Assembly: GCA_038087875.1 (NCBI GenBank) | Contig: JAXLNO010000385.1 | Location: forward strand, 1,302,001 to 1,366,000 | Direction: 5' to 3' | DNA length: 64,000 nucleotides | From: Malacoraja senta | Lineage: Eukaryota | Shown: one piece after another, positions 36,195 to 50,120 of the stretch | Layout: every line of letters starts with the position of its first letter | How positions within the stretch are numbered: the stretch's first letter is position 1 | The notes under the pieces: model-generated | What the model saw: only the letters and a program-made list of their open reading frames with translations | Told to the model about the DNA's origin: nothing | Databases searched by the model: none | Program-made: the position numbers and the translations under genes

Positions 36195-39173
36195 TTTCGA
36201 GATAGATTTCAAGTTCGAGAGAGAGTTAGAGTTCGAGATAGCGTTAGAGTTCGAGATTGAGTTCGAGTTCGAGCGAGAGATAGAGTTCGAGTTCAAGATA
36301 GAGTTCGAGTTCACGTTCGAATTCGAGTTCGAGATCGAGTTCGTGTTCGAGATAGTTCGAGATAGAGTTCGAGTTCGAGAGAGATTTCGAGATAGTTCGA
36401 GTTCGAGTTCGAGATAAGAGTTCGAGTTCGAGATAGACTACGAGTTCGAGTTCGAGTTTTAGTTAGAGAGAGAGTTCGAGATATAGTTCGAGTTCGAATT
36501 CGAGTTAGAGTTCGAGATAGAATTCGAGTTCGAGTTCGAGTTGAATGAATGAAAGAATGTATACGTTTATTGACTAAGTATTCACCAAGTTTATTGGCCA
36601 AGATTGTTGTCTTGGTGCTCCGCCCGAAAGTCGAACCCGAACTCGAGTTCGAGATAGTTCGAGTTCGAGATAGGGTTCGAGATCGAGATAGAGATCGAGA
36701 TCGAGTTCGAGATCGAGAGAGAGTTCGAGATAGAGTTCGACTTCGAGATAGATTTCGAAATAGATTTCGAGTTCGAGATAGAGTTCGAGTTCGAGATAGA
36801 GTTTGAGATCGAGATAGAGATTGAGATCAGGATAGTGTTCGGGTTCGAGTTCGAGATCGAGTTTGCGTTCGAGATAGTTCGAGATAGAGTTCGAGATCGA
36901 GTTCGAGATAAGAGTTCGAGTTCGAGATAGAGTACGAGTTCGAGTTCGAGTTTTAGTTCGAGAGAGAGTTCGAGTTGAATGAATGAATGAATGAATGAAT
37001 GAATGAATGAATGAATGAATGAATGAATGAATGAATAAGTTTATTGGCCAAGTATTCACAAACAAGGAATTTGCCTTGGTGCTCCGCCCGTAAGGCGAAA
37101 TCCAACTCGAGTTCGAGATAGATTTCGAGTTCGAGTTCGAGATAGATTTCGAGTTCGAGATAAAGTTCGAGGTCGGGATAGTTCGAATTCGAATTCGAGT
37201 TTTAGCTAGAGATAGAGTTCGAGTTCAAGACAGATTTTGAGTTCGAGTTCAAGATAGAGTTCGAGTTCGAGAACGAGATCGAGTTTGAGAGCGAGCGCGT
37301 TTGAGATAGTTCGAGATAGAGTTCGAGATAGAGTTCAAGTTCGAGAGACAGTTCGAGATATTTCGAATTCGAGTTCGAGATAGAGTACGAGTTCGTGTTT
37401 TAGTTAGAGAGAGAGTTCGAGAGCGAGTTCGAGACAGAGGTCGAGTTCAAGTTGGAGTTGGAGTTGGAGTTGGAGTTCGAATTAAATGAATGTATGAATG
37501 AATGAATACGTTTGTTGGCCAACTATTCACATACAAGGAATTTGCCTTGGTGCACCGCCGGTAACTCGAACTCCAACTCGAGTTCGAGATCGATTTCGAG
37601 TTCGGGTTCGAGATAGACTTCGAGTTCAAGATAGAGTTCGAGTTCGCGTTCGAGATAGTTCGCGATAGTTCGAGATAAGAGTTCGAGTTCGAGAGAGTTC
37701 GAGTTCGTGATAGAGTACGAGTTCGAGATCGAGTTCGATTCGAGTTGACTGAATGAATGAATGAAGGTATGAATGAATAAGTTTATAGGCCAAGTATTCA
37801 CATACAAGGAATTTGCCTTGATGCTCCGCCCGCAAATCGAACTCGAACTCGAGTTTGAGATCGAGTTCGAGATGGAGATAGAGTTCGAGTTCGAGATAGA
37901 GTTCGTGATAGAGTTCGAGTTCAAGTTTGAGCTCGAGTTCGTGTTAAATGAATGAATGAATGAATGAATGAATGAATATGTTTATTGGCAAAGTATTCAC
38001 ATACTAGGTGTTTGCCTTGGTGCTCCGCCCGTAGTCGAAATCCAACTCGGGTTCGAGATCGAATTCGAGTTCGAGTTCGAGATAGATTTCGAGTTCGAGA
38101 TAAAGTTCGATGTCGAGATAGTTCGAGTTCGGATTCGAGTTTTAGCTGGAGATAGTTCGAGTTCAAGATAGAGTTCGAGTTCGATTTCAAGATAAAGTTC
38201 GAGTTCGAGATCGAGTTTGAGATAGTTTAAGATCGAGTTCGCGTTCGAGAGAGTTCGAGATAGAGTTCGAGATAGAGTTCGAGTTCGAATTCGAGTTCGA
38301 GTTTGAGATAGAGTTCGAGATAGAGTTCAAGATAGAATTCGAGTTCGAATTCGAGTTCGAGATAGAGTTCGAATTCGAGTTCGAGATCGAGATCGTGTTC
38401 GATATAGAATTCGAGTTCGAGTTCAAGTTCGAGCTCGAGTTCGAGTTGAATGAATGAATGAATGAATAAGTTTATTGGCCAAGTATTCACAAACAAGGAA
38501 TTTGCCTTGGTGCTCCGCCCGCAAGTAGAAATCAACCTCGAAATCGAGATAGAATTCGCGTTCGAGAGAGTTCGAGTTCGAGTTCGAAATAGAGTTCGAC
38601 TTCGAGATAGTTCGAGTTAGAGATCGAGTTCGAGTTATAGTTCGGGTTCGAATTCGAGTACGAGTTCGAGATCGAGTTCGAGATAGAGTTCGAGTTCGAG
38701 ATAGTTCGAGTTAGAATTCGAGTTCGAGTTCGAGTTCTATTTCGAGTTCGAGATAGAGTTCGTGAAAGAGTTCGAGTTCAATTTCGAGTTGGAGTTGGTA
38801 CGCGTTCGACAGAGTTCGAGTTCGAGTTCGAGTTCGAGAGAGAGTTCGAGATAGAGTTCGAGTTCGAGTTCGAATTCCAGTTCGTGTTCGCGTTCGATTG
38901 AGAGTTCGTCATAGTTCGAGTTCGAGATCGAGTTCGAGATAGAGTTGGAGTTCGAGTTGGGGAGTGATTTCGACATATACTTCTGGAGAGTTAGAGTTCG
39001 AGATAGTGTTCGAGGTCGAGATCGTGTTCCTGAAAGAGTTCGAGATCGAGTTCGTTCGAATTGGAATTGGAGTTGGAGTTCGAGATAGAGTTCTCGTTCG
39101 AGATAGAGTTTGAGCTCGAGATTTTGTTCGACTTCGAGTTCGAGTACGAGTTCGAGATCGTGTTCGAGATCGA

Positions 39174-39179
<6 letters not shown>

Positions 39180-39221
<42 letters not shown>

Positions 39222-39254
39222 GTGAGAGAGAGAGAGAGAGTTCGAATTCGAGTT

Positions 39255-39310
<56 letters not shown>
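39180..39310. repeat. (GA)n microsatellite expansions inside the satellite (also 32293-32341 and 36163-36192)
   Basis: Direct dinucleotide runs. Confidence 0.95.
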
Positions 39311-39313
<3 letters not shown>

Positions 39314-39584
39314 GAATTCGAGTTAGAGATAGAGTTCGAGTTCTAGTTCAATTTCGAGTTCGCGCTCGAGTTCGAGTTCGGACTTCCGATGGCGCTATGG
39401 AGCACTGAAGGCGTCACATTGAGCTCCTCTCCGGCAACAACTGTTAAAAACCGTTAAAAAGCTGTTTTCTAAATCATTACCGATTTAAAAAACTCACCGG
39501 AGCTGCTTGGCGTTGCGTAAGGGTGACATCATCAGAAGGCGACGCGAAAAACGGGAGTTTAACGCTAAAAATCGTGAATTTTAA

Positions 39585-40643
39585 ATGAGAAGAGAAAAAG
39601 GCTCACGAGCACCCAAGAAGAACACCATAAGTCTCCAACTCGAGAAAGTCTTGGATACTCTGCAAACGACAGAAAAAGGCTCACAAGGCTGAGAAGAAGA
39701 AGAATTCGACAGCCAAGGATCTCTGCTTGAAATGGCTGCAAAAGGAGACAAGAAGGAGAAGGAGGTAAAGCAAATGCTTTTAGAAATGTCTGCTACAATC
39801 AATGCTACACTGGAAAAGATCCAGAGTATGGAGTCTAATATGGAGAGTAATAAGCAGAGTATCGAGACTAATATGGAGAGAATTTTTCAAAAAATGTATA
39901 CAGCTTACGGTGAGTTAAAGGAGCTGAATAAACAACATAAGGAGGCTGATAAAAAATTATAATCTGCTAGACTGGCAAATGACTATAATAAGAAATTCAC
40001 TGATGTTAAGGATAATATGGGAAAGCTGGATGAGTTAATGGAAGAGATGGAGAATGAAATGAAAGTAATGGCCACTGAAATAAAGAGTTTGAAAATATCA
40101 CAAAAAACTGAAGAAGAAAAACGTAAAAATGACGGATAAATGTCTGGACTTGGAAGCAAGATCGAGAAGGCAGAATTTGAGAATTGTTGGAGTGAGAAGG
40201 ACGAGAGGGTCATGGATCTCAAACATGTACTTTTGTTACTGACTTACTCAAAGATGTTTTTGAACTGCCGGGAGCACCAAGAATAGATGTCGCTCACAGA
40301 GTTGGACGTGTTTCAAGAGAGGCAAATGCTCCTCCAAGACAGATAATTGTGAAATTCCTCGATATCTCTTCAGTGGAATTTGTATTGAAAAAAATTACTC
40401 ATGGGGAGAATCTGACATATCGTGGGGAGAATATTCGATTTTTCCGGGATTACCCCCCGGAGGTCGTCCAGAGAAGGAACTTGTTTACACAGACAAGAAA
40501 TATTCTGAAAGGGATACGCGATGTGAGATATGGAATTGTTTATCCAGCTAAAATGAAGATTACTCATAATGGCACTCGAAAAAGCGTTTAAATGTGCAGA
40601 GGATATCGTAAAGAAAACATCTGGTGAAGTGGATGAAGAATGA
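39585..40643 (+). pseudogene. L1 ORF1 (coiled coil, RRM, C-terminal domain; Transposase_22-like), disrupted
   Basis: Coiled-coil-like N-terminus; IDVAHRVGR...PRQIIVKF; IRFFRDYPPEVVQRR; YGIVYPAKMKIT. Contains stops and frameshifts; the start codon is uncertain (39585 or 39732). Confidence 0.85.
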
Positions 40644-43063
40644 TCTGTTTAACTTTTAGGACTGGTTAATATGGCGGAATTTTCCTGACAGTTAGCAAGC
40701 TTATCTGTCTGGAATGTGTTTGGGAGAGTACTGTCTATATTTCACCTTGAATGAAAAGCTTAAAGATAAACAAAAGACGTTGAAGACACAGAATTAATGA
40801 GGGAATGTATAATGGACATGGAACAACATGGGATATAAAATCTGCTGATTTAAGAAGATTTTTATTTTTTATACTCCAATTATAAATAATTAACGACTTT
40901 AACAAATTTAACAATACTAATTATTTGTGAATGTATGTAGTAAATATGAATAAATCATGAATAAATCATGAGGGGGAAGGAGATAATGGGAGTGTATATA
41001 ATTATGATTTAAGTCACTAAAACGTCTATAACACTACTAACATACCTTTTTTGTTGTAGTGTGGGTAGGAGTTGCAGCATATAACTGGAAGAGATCCTGT
41101 AGTGAGGTTTTGTTTAACCCCTTGGTACCTGTTTGTATGTGTAAGAATTCTGGGTGGATATATATGGTAAAGCTTAGACTAGATTAAGGTTAGATAAATT
41201 GGAAGGGCATATATACTTATAAAATTGAACTTAGGTTGTGTTTTATATTCGTTTTTTTTTCATTTTTTATGTCTCCCTTTGATTTTTTTTGTTAATTTTT
41301 TTCGGTTTTTATTGGGGTTGGTTTGACAAATTTATATAAGCAAAGATAAAATATGTAACGGTCTGTAGCTTTTTATGAGGATCTATTAAGGAGTTGGAGC
41401 TCAATGTATAACAACATCAACGGAAGTCTATACATTTTTCGCCACCTTAGGTGGCCATTCGTCTTTAAGATATATTTTCTTAGATATCTTAAGAGCACTT
41501 TTTTTTCACTATAAAGACTTTTAGTCGCTCACTTTTTTTGTAATCAATTTTATATCACATCTTTCTTTTCTTTTCCAAAGGCACTACACAAGAAGGAGAT
41601 GCTATATAAATCTAAACATTTGGCATGACCTCCCAACACCCAGAACTCTGAGGTATTTGGTTGCACCATATGATTCAGGAATACTATTTTGATATATAAT
41701 GCAAGACGATAGACAAATAAAGAATGGAGGAATTACATTCTGTAGTTGGAATATAAGGGGTGCGAATGAACCAATTAAGAGGGGTAAAATTGTTGCTCAA
41801 CTAAAATCTATGAACAGCGACATAATGTTTTTACAGGAAACTCACATGAAACAACAAACACAAATGAGATTAAAGGCGAAGTGGATAGGTCAAACATATT
41901 ATTCGTCATTTACTTCTAAATCTAGAGGTACGGCTATTCTTATCCGAAAAGGTATACCTTTTAAATTAAAGAATACTATATCAGATAAAGAGGGAAGGTA
42001 TATTATAGTTTCGGGAGAAATTTATGCAACCCCACTAACTATGATAAATATTTACGCTCCGTACTTTGACAACCCCAAATTTTTTGATAAAATTATAGAT
42101 ATATCAGAGTTTAATTATCAGAATGTGATAAAAGGAGGGGACTTCAATTGTGTTTTAGATCCGTATCTAGACAAATCAGTAAAACAAAAGAGGAGTAATT
42201 TAAAATCTAAGACTAGTGAACTTTTAAATACATATATAAAAAATACTAATATAATAGATGTATGGAGATCTGCTAATCCAGCTGGAATGGAATACTCGTT
42301 TTACTCTTCGGTACATAAAACTTATTCAAGAATTGATTATTTTTTAGTGGATATGAAATTAATGCCATATACAATTAATCCAACGTACCACATTAGTAGT
42401 ATTTCTGATCACTCTCCACTGACATTTTCAGTAAAATTCGAGGGAATGCTGGGTAAAAAAAATTTGGGGCGGTTTAATACACATATTTTAAATGACATAC
42501 AAGGTTATCAATATTTAAAACAACAAATGAAACTATTTTTTGATACAAATGATATGCCAGGTACCTCGCCTTCTTTATTATGGGAAACTTTTAAGGCATT
42601 TATTAGAGGAATTATAATTTCATACGAAATCTTTCAAAATAAAAAGAATAAGACAGAACAAATGTTGCTAGAACAAGAAATTAGACAGTTAGAGTTAGAT
42701 AATGCTAAAGACTCCACTATAGATAAACATAATAAGATAATATTACTGAAATTTAAACAATCGAATTCTATCGGCAAGAGTAATATGATTATTCCAAATT
42801 ATAATACAGGAACATTTTGAGTTTGGTGACAAACCACATAAGCTTTTAGCTCGTCAACTGAAAAACAAGAAAAATAAAATACTATAAATAAAATTAAATC
42901 AGAGAAAGGTGAATTACTAATACTACCTAAAGATATTAATAAAAGATTTGCTCAATTTTATCAAAATTTATATACATCAAAAACTAAAATAGAAGATAGT
43001 AAAATCAAGAAATGTTTAGATAATTGTAATCTTCCAAAACTTGACCTTTTGGAACAAGAGGAA

Positions 43064-43636
43064 GGACATTATAGCCCCAAATCTGAGGAAGGACATTATA
43101 GCCCCAAATCTGAGGAAGGGCATTATAGCCATAGAGGGAGTGCAAAGAAGGTTCACCAGACTGATTCCTGGGATGTCAGGCCTTTCATATGAAGAAAGAC
43201 TGGATAGACTTGGCTTATACTCGCTAGAATTTAGGAGATTGAGAGGGGATCTTATAGAAACGTACAAAATTCTTATGGGGTTGGACAGGCTAGATGCAGG
43301 AAGATTGTTCCCGATGTTGGGGAAGTCCAGGACAAGGGGTCACAGCTTAAGGATAAGGGGGAAATCCTTTAAGACCGAGATGAGGAAAAACGTTTTCACA
43401 CAGAGAGTGGTGAATCTCTGGAACTCTCTGCCACAGAGGGTAGTTGAGGCCAGTTCATTGGCTATATTTAAGAGGGAGTTAGATGTGGCCCTTGTGGCTA
43501 AAGGGATCAGGGGGTATGGAGAGAAGGCAGGTACGGGATACTGAGTTGGATGATCAGCCATGATCATATTGAATGGCGGTGCAGGCTCGAAGGGCCAAAT
43601 GGCCTACTCCTGCACCTATTTTCTATGTATCTATGT
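43064..43636 (+). mobile_element. CR1 3' fragment nested in L1 copy C
   Basis: Near-identical to 19517-20040; (TCTATGTA)n tail; TSD AAGAGGAA at 43056-43063 and 43637-43644. Confidence 0.95.
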
Positions 43637-45215
43637 AAGAGGAACTTGGAGCTTAAATTACAATCGAAGAAATAGGTAAAACAATAAAATCGTTGACAAA
43701 TGGTAAGACACCGGGACCAGACGGTTTTAGTAATGAATTTTATTTAAAAAATCATGAGATAACGACTCCTTATTTATTTAATTTATATACTCACGCTTTT
43801 AAAGAAAATAAACTACCTGAAAGATTAGCAGAATCAACTATTACGCTTATTCCAAAAAAAGATAAAGATTTAGAGGATCCGGGCTCATATAGAACGATTT
43901 CACTTTTAAATACAGACCAGAAAATTCTAGCAAAGACTTTAGTAAGAAGACTAAGCAAATATATTAGTAAATTGATAAACCCTGATCAAATGGGGTTTAT
44001 ACCCAAAAGATATTCATTTAATAATTTGCGACGCCTGTTTAATATAATGTACTCAGATAAAGTGGAGGAAGAAGATATATCAATTATTTCTCTGGATGCA
44101 GAGAAAGCATTTGATCAGGTAGAATTGCAGTATTTATACAAAGTATTGCAAAAAATTAATATGGGAGAGAATTTTATTACATGGGTAAAATTATTATATG
44201 ATAAACCGATGGCAAGAATATTAACTAATAATATGTTATCTCAAAAATTTCAATTATCAAGGGGTAATAGGCGTTATCACCCCTGCTATTTGCCCTTATG
44301 ATAGAACCTTTGGCTGAAAGTATAAGAAGTCATCCGAATATTCAGGGTTATAATACTAGGGACTCAAATAATAAAATTTCACTATATGCAGACGATATTC
44401 TTTTATATATTACAAAATCACAAACGAGCATACCAAATTTATTAAACATAATAGAGGAATTTGGGTTCTTTTCTGGATATAGAATAAATTGGAATAAAAG
44501 TGAAATCATGACGTTAAAACCTCAAGAATCTACACACTTACTGAAGTTCCCCTTTAAAACAGCAACAGAAAAATTTAAATATTTGGGTAATCAGATTACT
44601 GGAAAATATAAAAGCATTATTCAATGCTAATTTTATACCTTTATTAAACAAATTTTATACCTTTATTAAATATACTGATTAAATTTTGGAAAACACTTCC
44701 TTTATCATTAATAGGTAGAATAAATGCTATAAAAATGATCTTTCTACCACAACTATTATACCTATGTCAGTCTATACCAGTATATATACCAAAATACTTT
44801 AAAAAGAATTAGACTCTATTATTACTAATTTTATTTGGGATTATAAATCACATAGAATTTAAAAAAAAACGTATTTAAACCAAGAGATGTCGGGGGACTT
44901 TCACTCCAGAATTTTCTGTATTATTATTCGGCAGTGCATATTAAGAATATAATTTACTGGTTGGACAGTTCTACCAACAGACAGAATGGATAAAAATGGA
45001 GAAAGAGGATTGTTTTCCTTGTAATATAGCAACGATCCTCTTCTCCACGAAAAAACTGAACAATACAATATATAAGAAGAACCCAATTAGACATGATACA
45101 ATAAGAATATGGAAACAATTAAAATTATCTTTAAAATTAAAAAAATTATCATTGTTAATACCAATAGCGAATAATCCTTTATTTAAACCATCTCTTATTG
45201 ACAAAACATATAATC

Positions 45216-48200
45216 TTTTTTTTTTTTTATTTTTTTTTTTATTTTTATTTATTAGAAGTACATTACATTACAACCACATACATTAATACTCGTCATTTAT
45301 ATCTTCTTACAATTAATGTACTCCCTTTATTTATTTTTTTACACTAGAAAAGGAAAAGATTGCAAGAAAGAAGAAAGTGAAAGAAAAAGTGAAAGTGTAG
45401 AAAAGTGTAGAAAATGTAACAACAAAAAAGGACGAAGACCCTATAAGAGCGAAATTAAAAACAAAAGAAAAAGAGTTAAGAAATAGGCCGTAGGAAAAAA
45501 AAGAGAAAGAGAGAGAGGAAAAAAAAAGAAAAACAAATATTTTTTTGAGCATTACGTAAATAGGACATACCAACTCTTCAACTATCATCCCACCTTACCT
45601 GACCTCAATTTTTTTATTTTTTTTTAAAGTACTTTTGCACCCTATGTTTGTAATAATTCTATAAATGCAGACCACGTCAGGTGGAAGTGATCTGGTTTAC
45701 CTGCTAGGAGGAGTCTTATCTCTTCTAGGTGTAATGTTTCAAACATATTTGAAATCCACATATTTATAGTTGGTATTGGAGCCTTCTTCCAAAATTTTAG
45801 AATTAGCTTTTTTCCAGTTATTAACCCATAGTCCATTAATTTCTTTTGAAACACATTTAGTTCTGGATCATCTTCCGTTATTCCGAAGATAATCCATTCT
45901 GCTTTGGGTATCATTCTTGTTTTAAATAACTTTGTAAAAATTTCAAAAATGTCATTCCAAAATTTTTGGATTTTTGTACAGAAGACGAATGAGTGCGCTA
46001 TAGTAGCTTCTTGGGATTGACATTTATCACAAATAGATGATACATTTGGGAAAATTTTATGAATTTTAGTTTTCGAATAATATAATCTATGTAAAATTTT
46101 AAATTGTATTAAAGTGTGTCTTACATTAATCGAGCATTTATGCACGTTTAATAAGTATTCATTCCAACTTTCCTTTGACATTTTAATAGCTAACTCTTGT
46201 TCCCAGTCTCTTCTGATACCCTCCGTAGGTGGTATTTGTACATTTAAAATAATATTATACAAATATGATATTAAGTTTGCTGATTCCGCTTTTATCTGCA
46301 TTGCCTCGTCCAATACATCTACTGGGTTATTATAATGATCTTTTGTATATTTTTTCAAATAGTCGCATATTTGAAAATATTTAAAATATTGATTATTTCC
46401 GAGTTTATATTTTATTTGTAATTGTTGAAATGAAAGTAATTTTCCAGTTTCATACAAGTCACCAAGCGTTTTAATTCCTAGTCTATCCCATTGTGTATAA
46501 GCTTTATCTATAATAGAAGGACTAAACGAAGGGTTATTGACTATAGGTAATAAAAGTGATACATTTCTTAATTTTAAATTTTGTTTTATTTGTTTCCAAA
46601 TACGGATTGTACTATGAATAATTGGGTTCTTATTATAATTTATGTTATTCAGTTTCATTGGAGAGAGGAGGATCGCTCCAATGTTTCTAGAGGAGCAATC
46701 CTCTTTCTCCATTACAATCCAGTCTACTTGCTGGGCGGAGTTATCCATCAGTTGAATCATGTTTTTAATATTTACTGACCAATAATAATACATAAAATTA
46801 GGTAGTGCTAAACCCCCCAATACTTTAGGTTTATTCAGATGAGTTTTTTGTATTCTATGTGATTTATAGTCCCATATAAAATTAGTGATATCTGAGTCGA
46901 GTTTTTTTAAAAACTTCTTAGGTATGTATATAGGAATTGATTGAAATAGGTATAAAATTTGTGGTAAAAAGATCATTTTTATTGCGTTTATTCGGCCTAT
47001 TAAAGACATCGGGAGCGTTTTCCAGAATTTAATTAGTGTATTTAATTTATTAAGTAGGGGGTCAAAATTTGCCCTGAACATACCTTGATATGTTCTGGTA
47101 ATTTCGATTCCCAAATATTTAAATTTTTCTGTAGCTATTTTAAAAGGGAATATTAAAAGATGTGTTGAATCTTTCGGTTTTATTGACATAATTTCACTTT
47201 TATTCCAATTTATTCTATATCCAGAAAAAGATCCAAAGTCTTCAATTAAATTTAATATATTTGGTATAGTGATTTGAGGTTTTGTTATATACAGTAATAT
47301 ATCATCCGCGTATAAAGATATTTTATTATATGATTCTTTAGTATTATATCCATGAATATCAGGGTGTATTCTAATTTTTTCTGTTAGCGGTTCAATAATG
47401 AGAGCAAACAGCTGTGGTGATAATTAGCATCCTTGTCTATTTCCCCTTGATAGTTGAAATTTCGAGGATAATATGTTATTAGTTAGTATTCTAGCTGTAG
47501 GTTTGTTATATAGTAACTTAATCCATAAAATAAAATTCTCTCCCAGTTGAAATTTTTGTAATACTTTATCCATATAATTCCATTCTACTTGATCAAATGC
47601 TTTTTCAGCATCCAGCGAAATAATTGATAATTCTTGATCTTCAGATTTGTGTGAGTGCATTATGTTGAGTAGACGTCTCATATTATTAGAAGAGTATCTC
47701 TTAGGGATAAACCCTGTCTGATCTGGGTTTATTAATTTACTAATGTATTTACTTAATCTTCTAGCTAATGTTTTCGCTAATATTTTTTGATCTGTGTTTA
47801 ACAATGCTATAGCTCTATATGAACCAGGTTCTTCTAAATCTTTATTTTTCTTAGGTATTAATGTAATCGTTGATTCCGCTAATGTATCAGGTAGTATTCG
47901 TTTTTTAAAAGCGTATTGGTACATTTTTTGTAATCTTGGTATTAGTTTATCATAAAAGCTTTTATAAAATTCATTAGTAAATCCATCAGGGCCTGGTGTT
48001 TTTCCATTCTTTAATGAGTTTATTGTATCTTCTAATTCCTTAATTGAGATTTGTGCACCCAGTTCCTCTTGTTCCTTCAGCTCTAACTTTGGAAGATTAC
48101 AGGTATCCAAGAACTTTGTGATATTATTGGAATCAATTATCGTTTTAGATGTATACAAATTCTCGTAAAATTGCGCAAATCTTTTATTAATATCCTTCGG

Positions 48201-50120
48201 TTGTTAATAATTCCCCTTTATCTGATTTGATCTTTGGTATAGTATGTTCCTTTTCTCGTTTTTTTAGCTGGCGAGCCAAAAGTTTATGCGGTTTAACCCC
48301 AAATTCAAAGTGCTCTTGTTTTGTAATTTGAAAAAGTCTTATAAGTTTGGCAGATAATAATTTATTTAATTTAAATTTTAAAATTATTATTTTATTATGT
48401 TTATCTATTGATGGATCTTTAGCATTATCTATATCCATTTGTCTAATAAGTTCTTCTAACTGTCTTTGTTCATTCTTATTCTTTTTATTTTGAAAAGCTT
48501 GATATGAAATTATAATACCCCTAATGTATGCTTTAAAAGATTCCCAAAATAAAGTAGGCGATATATCTGAAGTATCATTTGTTTGAAAAAAGACCTCCAT
48601 TTGTTCTTTTAAATATATATACGCTTGTGGATCTTTTAAAATTTGAGAATTAAATCTCCAGAACGATTTATTCTTAGACAATCCTTCCAGTTTTAAAAAG
48701 AAAGTTAGTGGGGAATGGTCTGAAATTGAATTTGTATGGTATATTGCATTAGATGTTTGGGGGCTTAATTTTGTATCCAGCAGAAAGTAGTCTATACGTG
48801 AGTATGTCTTATGTACCATTGAGTAAAACGAATATTCCCTGCCAGTTGGATTAACAATTCTCCAAACATCTGCTATATTAGTGTTATTTATATAGGTATT
48901 GAGGAGTTCCCCAGTTTTCGATTTCATATTCCCTCTCTGTTTTTGACTTGATTTATCTAAGTACGGATCTAAAACACAGTTAAAGTCTCCTCCTATTATA
49001 ACATTTTGATAGTTTGACTGCAATTATGTTGAAAATTTTATTGAAAAAGTGGGGGTTATCAAAGTTAGGGGCATATATATTTACCAAAGTAAGTGGAGTG
49101 TCATGGATTTCTCCATTAACTATTAGGTATCTCCCTTCTATATCTGTTATAATATTCTTTGCTTTAAATGGTATACCTTTTCTTATGATGATTGACGTGC
49201 CTCTAGATTTTGAAGTAAATGAAGAATGGTATGTTTGACCTATCCATTTCGCCCTCAGTCTAACTTGATCCTGAGGTTTTAGGTGTGTTTCTTGTAGGAA
49301 GGTAATGTCAGAGTTGTACAGTTTCAGCTGAGCTAGTATCTTACCCCTTTTAATAGGTTCGTTAATACCTCTTATATTCCAACTACAAAATGAGATTCCT
49401 CCTAGGTTCTTTTGTGTGGTGTCATGCATTTTGAATAATTATAGTACCTTTGAATCTTGTGGTGCGTCCATATCCCAGGTCTTTAGGTATTGGGGGAGTT
49501 TTTGAATTATTAAATTTTGCTGGTATGTCCATTTTACGCTTATCACTAAACACAAAACACAAACAAGTGATTTTATGTGGTAAAAAAAAACTAAAAAAGT
49601 GAGGCTACAGTGTCTAATATAGTCGGCACTGTAGCGAGTGTCCCACCTGTAGGTGGGAAAAAACCTTGTTTTGACTTCCATTGCGTTGTTACACAAATAG
49701 CTCCGCTCTCTTAGTTAATCATAACATATTAAAATATTAAAACGAGGCCTCACATTCAGATATATAATACAATTTTACCCTGATATTTCCTTATAACATA
49801 TATATATATCGGAGTTTAATTATTAAACCAATATTTTTGACTTCAATAAGAATCAACTGTTGGTTGAAGGGGTTAACGAGACGTGCCCCTGGACATAAGC
49901 CAGGTGCTCGTTTCTCATCTCCTCCTCCCACTTATAGATAAGGTTACAATTTATTAAAAATTCATATTAGTATGTTAGTTCATTATTTTTTATTTTTGTT
50001 TTTGTTAGTATTCTAATCTAACCTACATAACTTGTTAAGTTGTTAATAGGATAAGTTCTTACAATTGGTTATAATATTTTAATCAATAAGCAATTATTTT
50101 CTGGTTTATATTCCATCTGT
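45216..50120 (-). mobile_element. LINE-1 copy D, truncated in the inter-ORF spacer, nested antisense in copy C
   Basis: Poly-T at 45216-45250; 14-bp TSD CAAAACATATAATC at 45202-45215 and 50121-50134. Confidence 0.95.
45642..49429 (-). pseudogene. L1 copy D ORF2, full span with few lesions
   Basis: MHDTTQKNLGGISFCSWN start; endonuclease, RT and CDKC..HSF..C motifs spread over four long ORFs. Confidence 0.92.
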
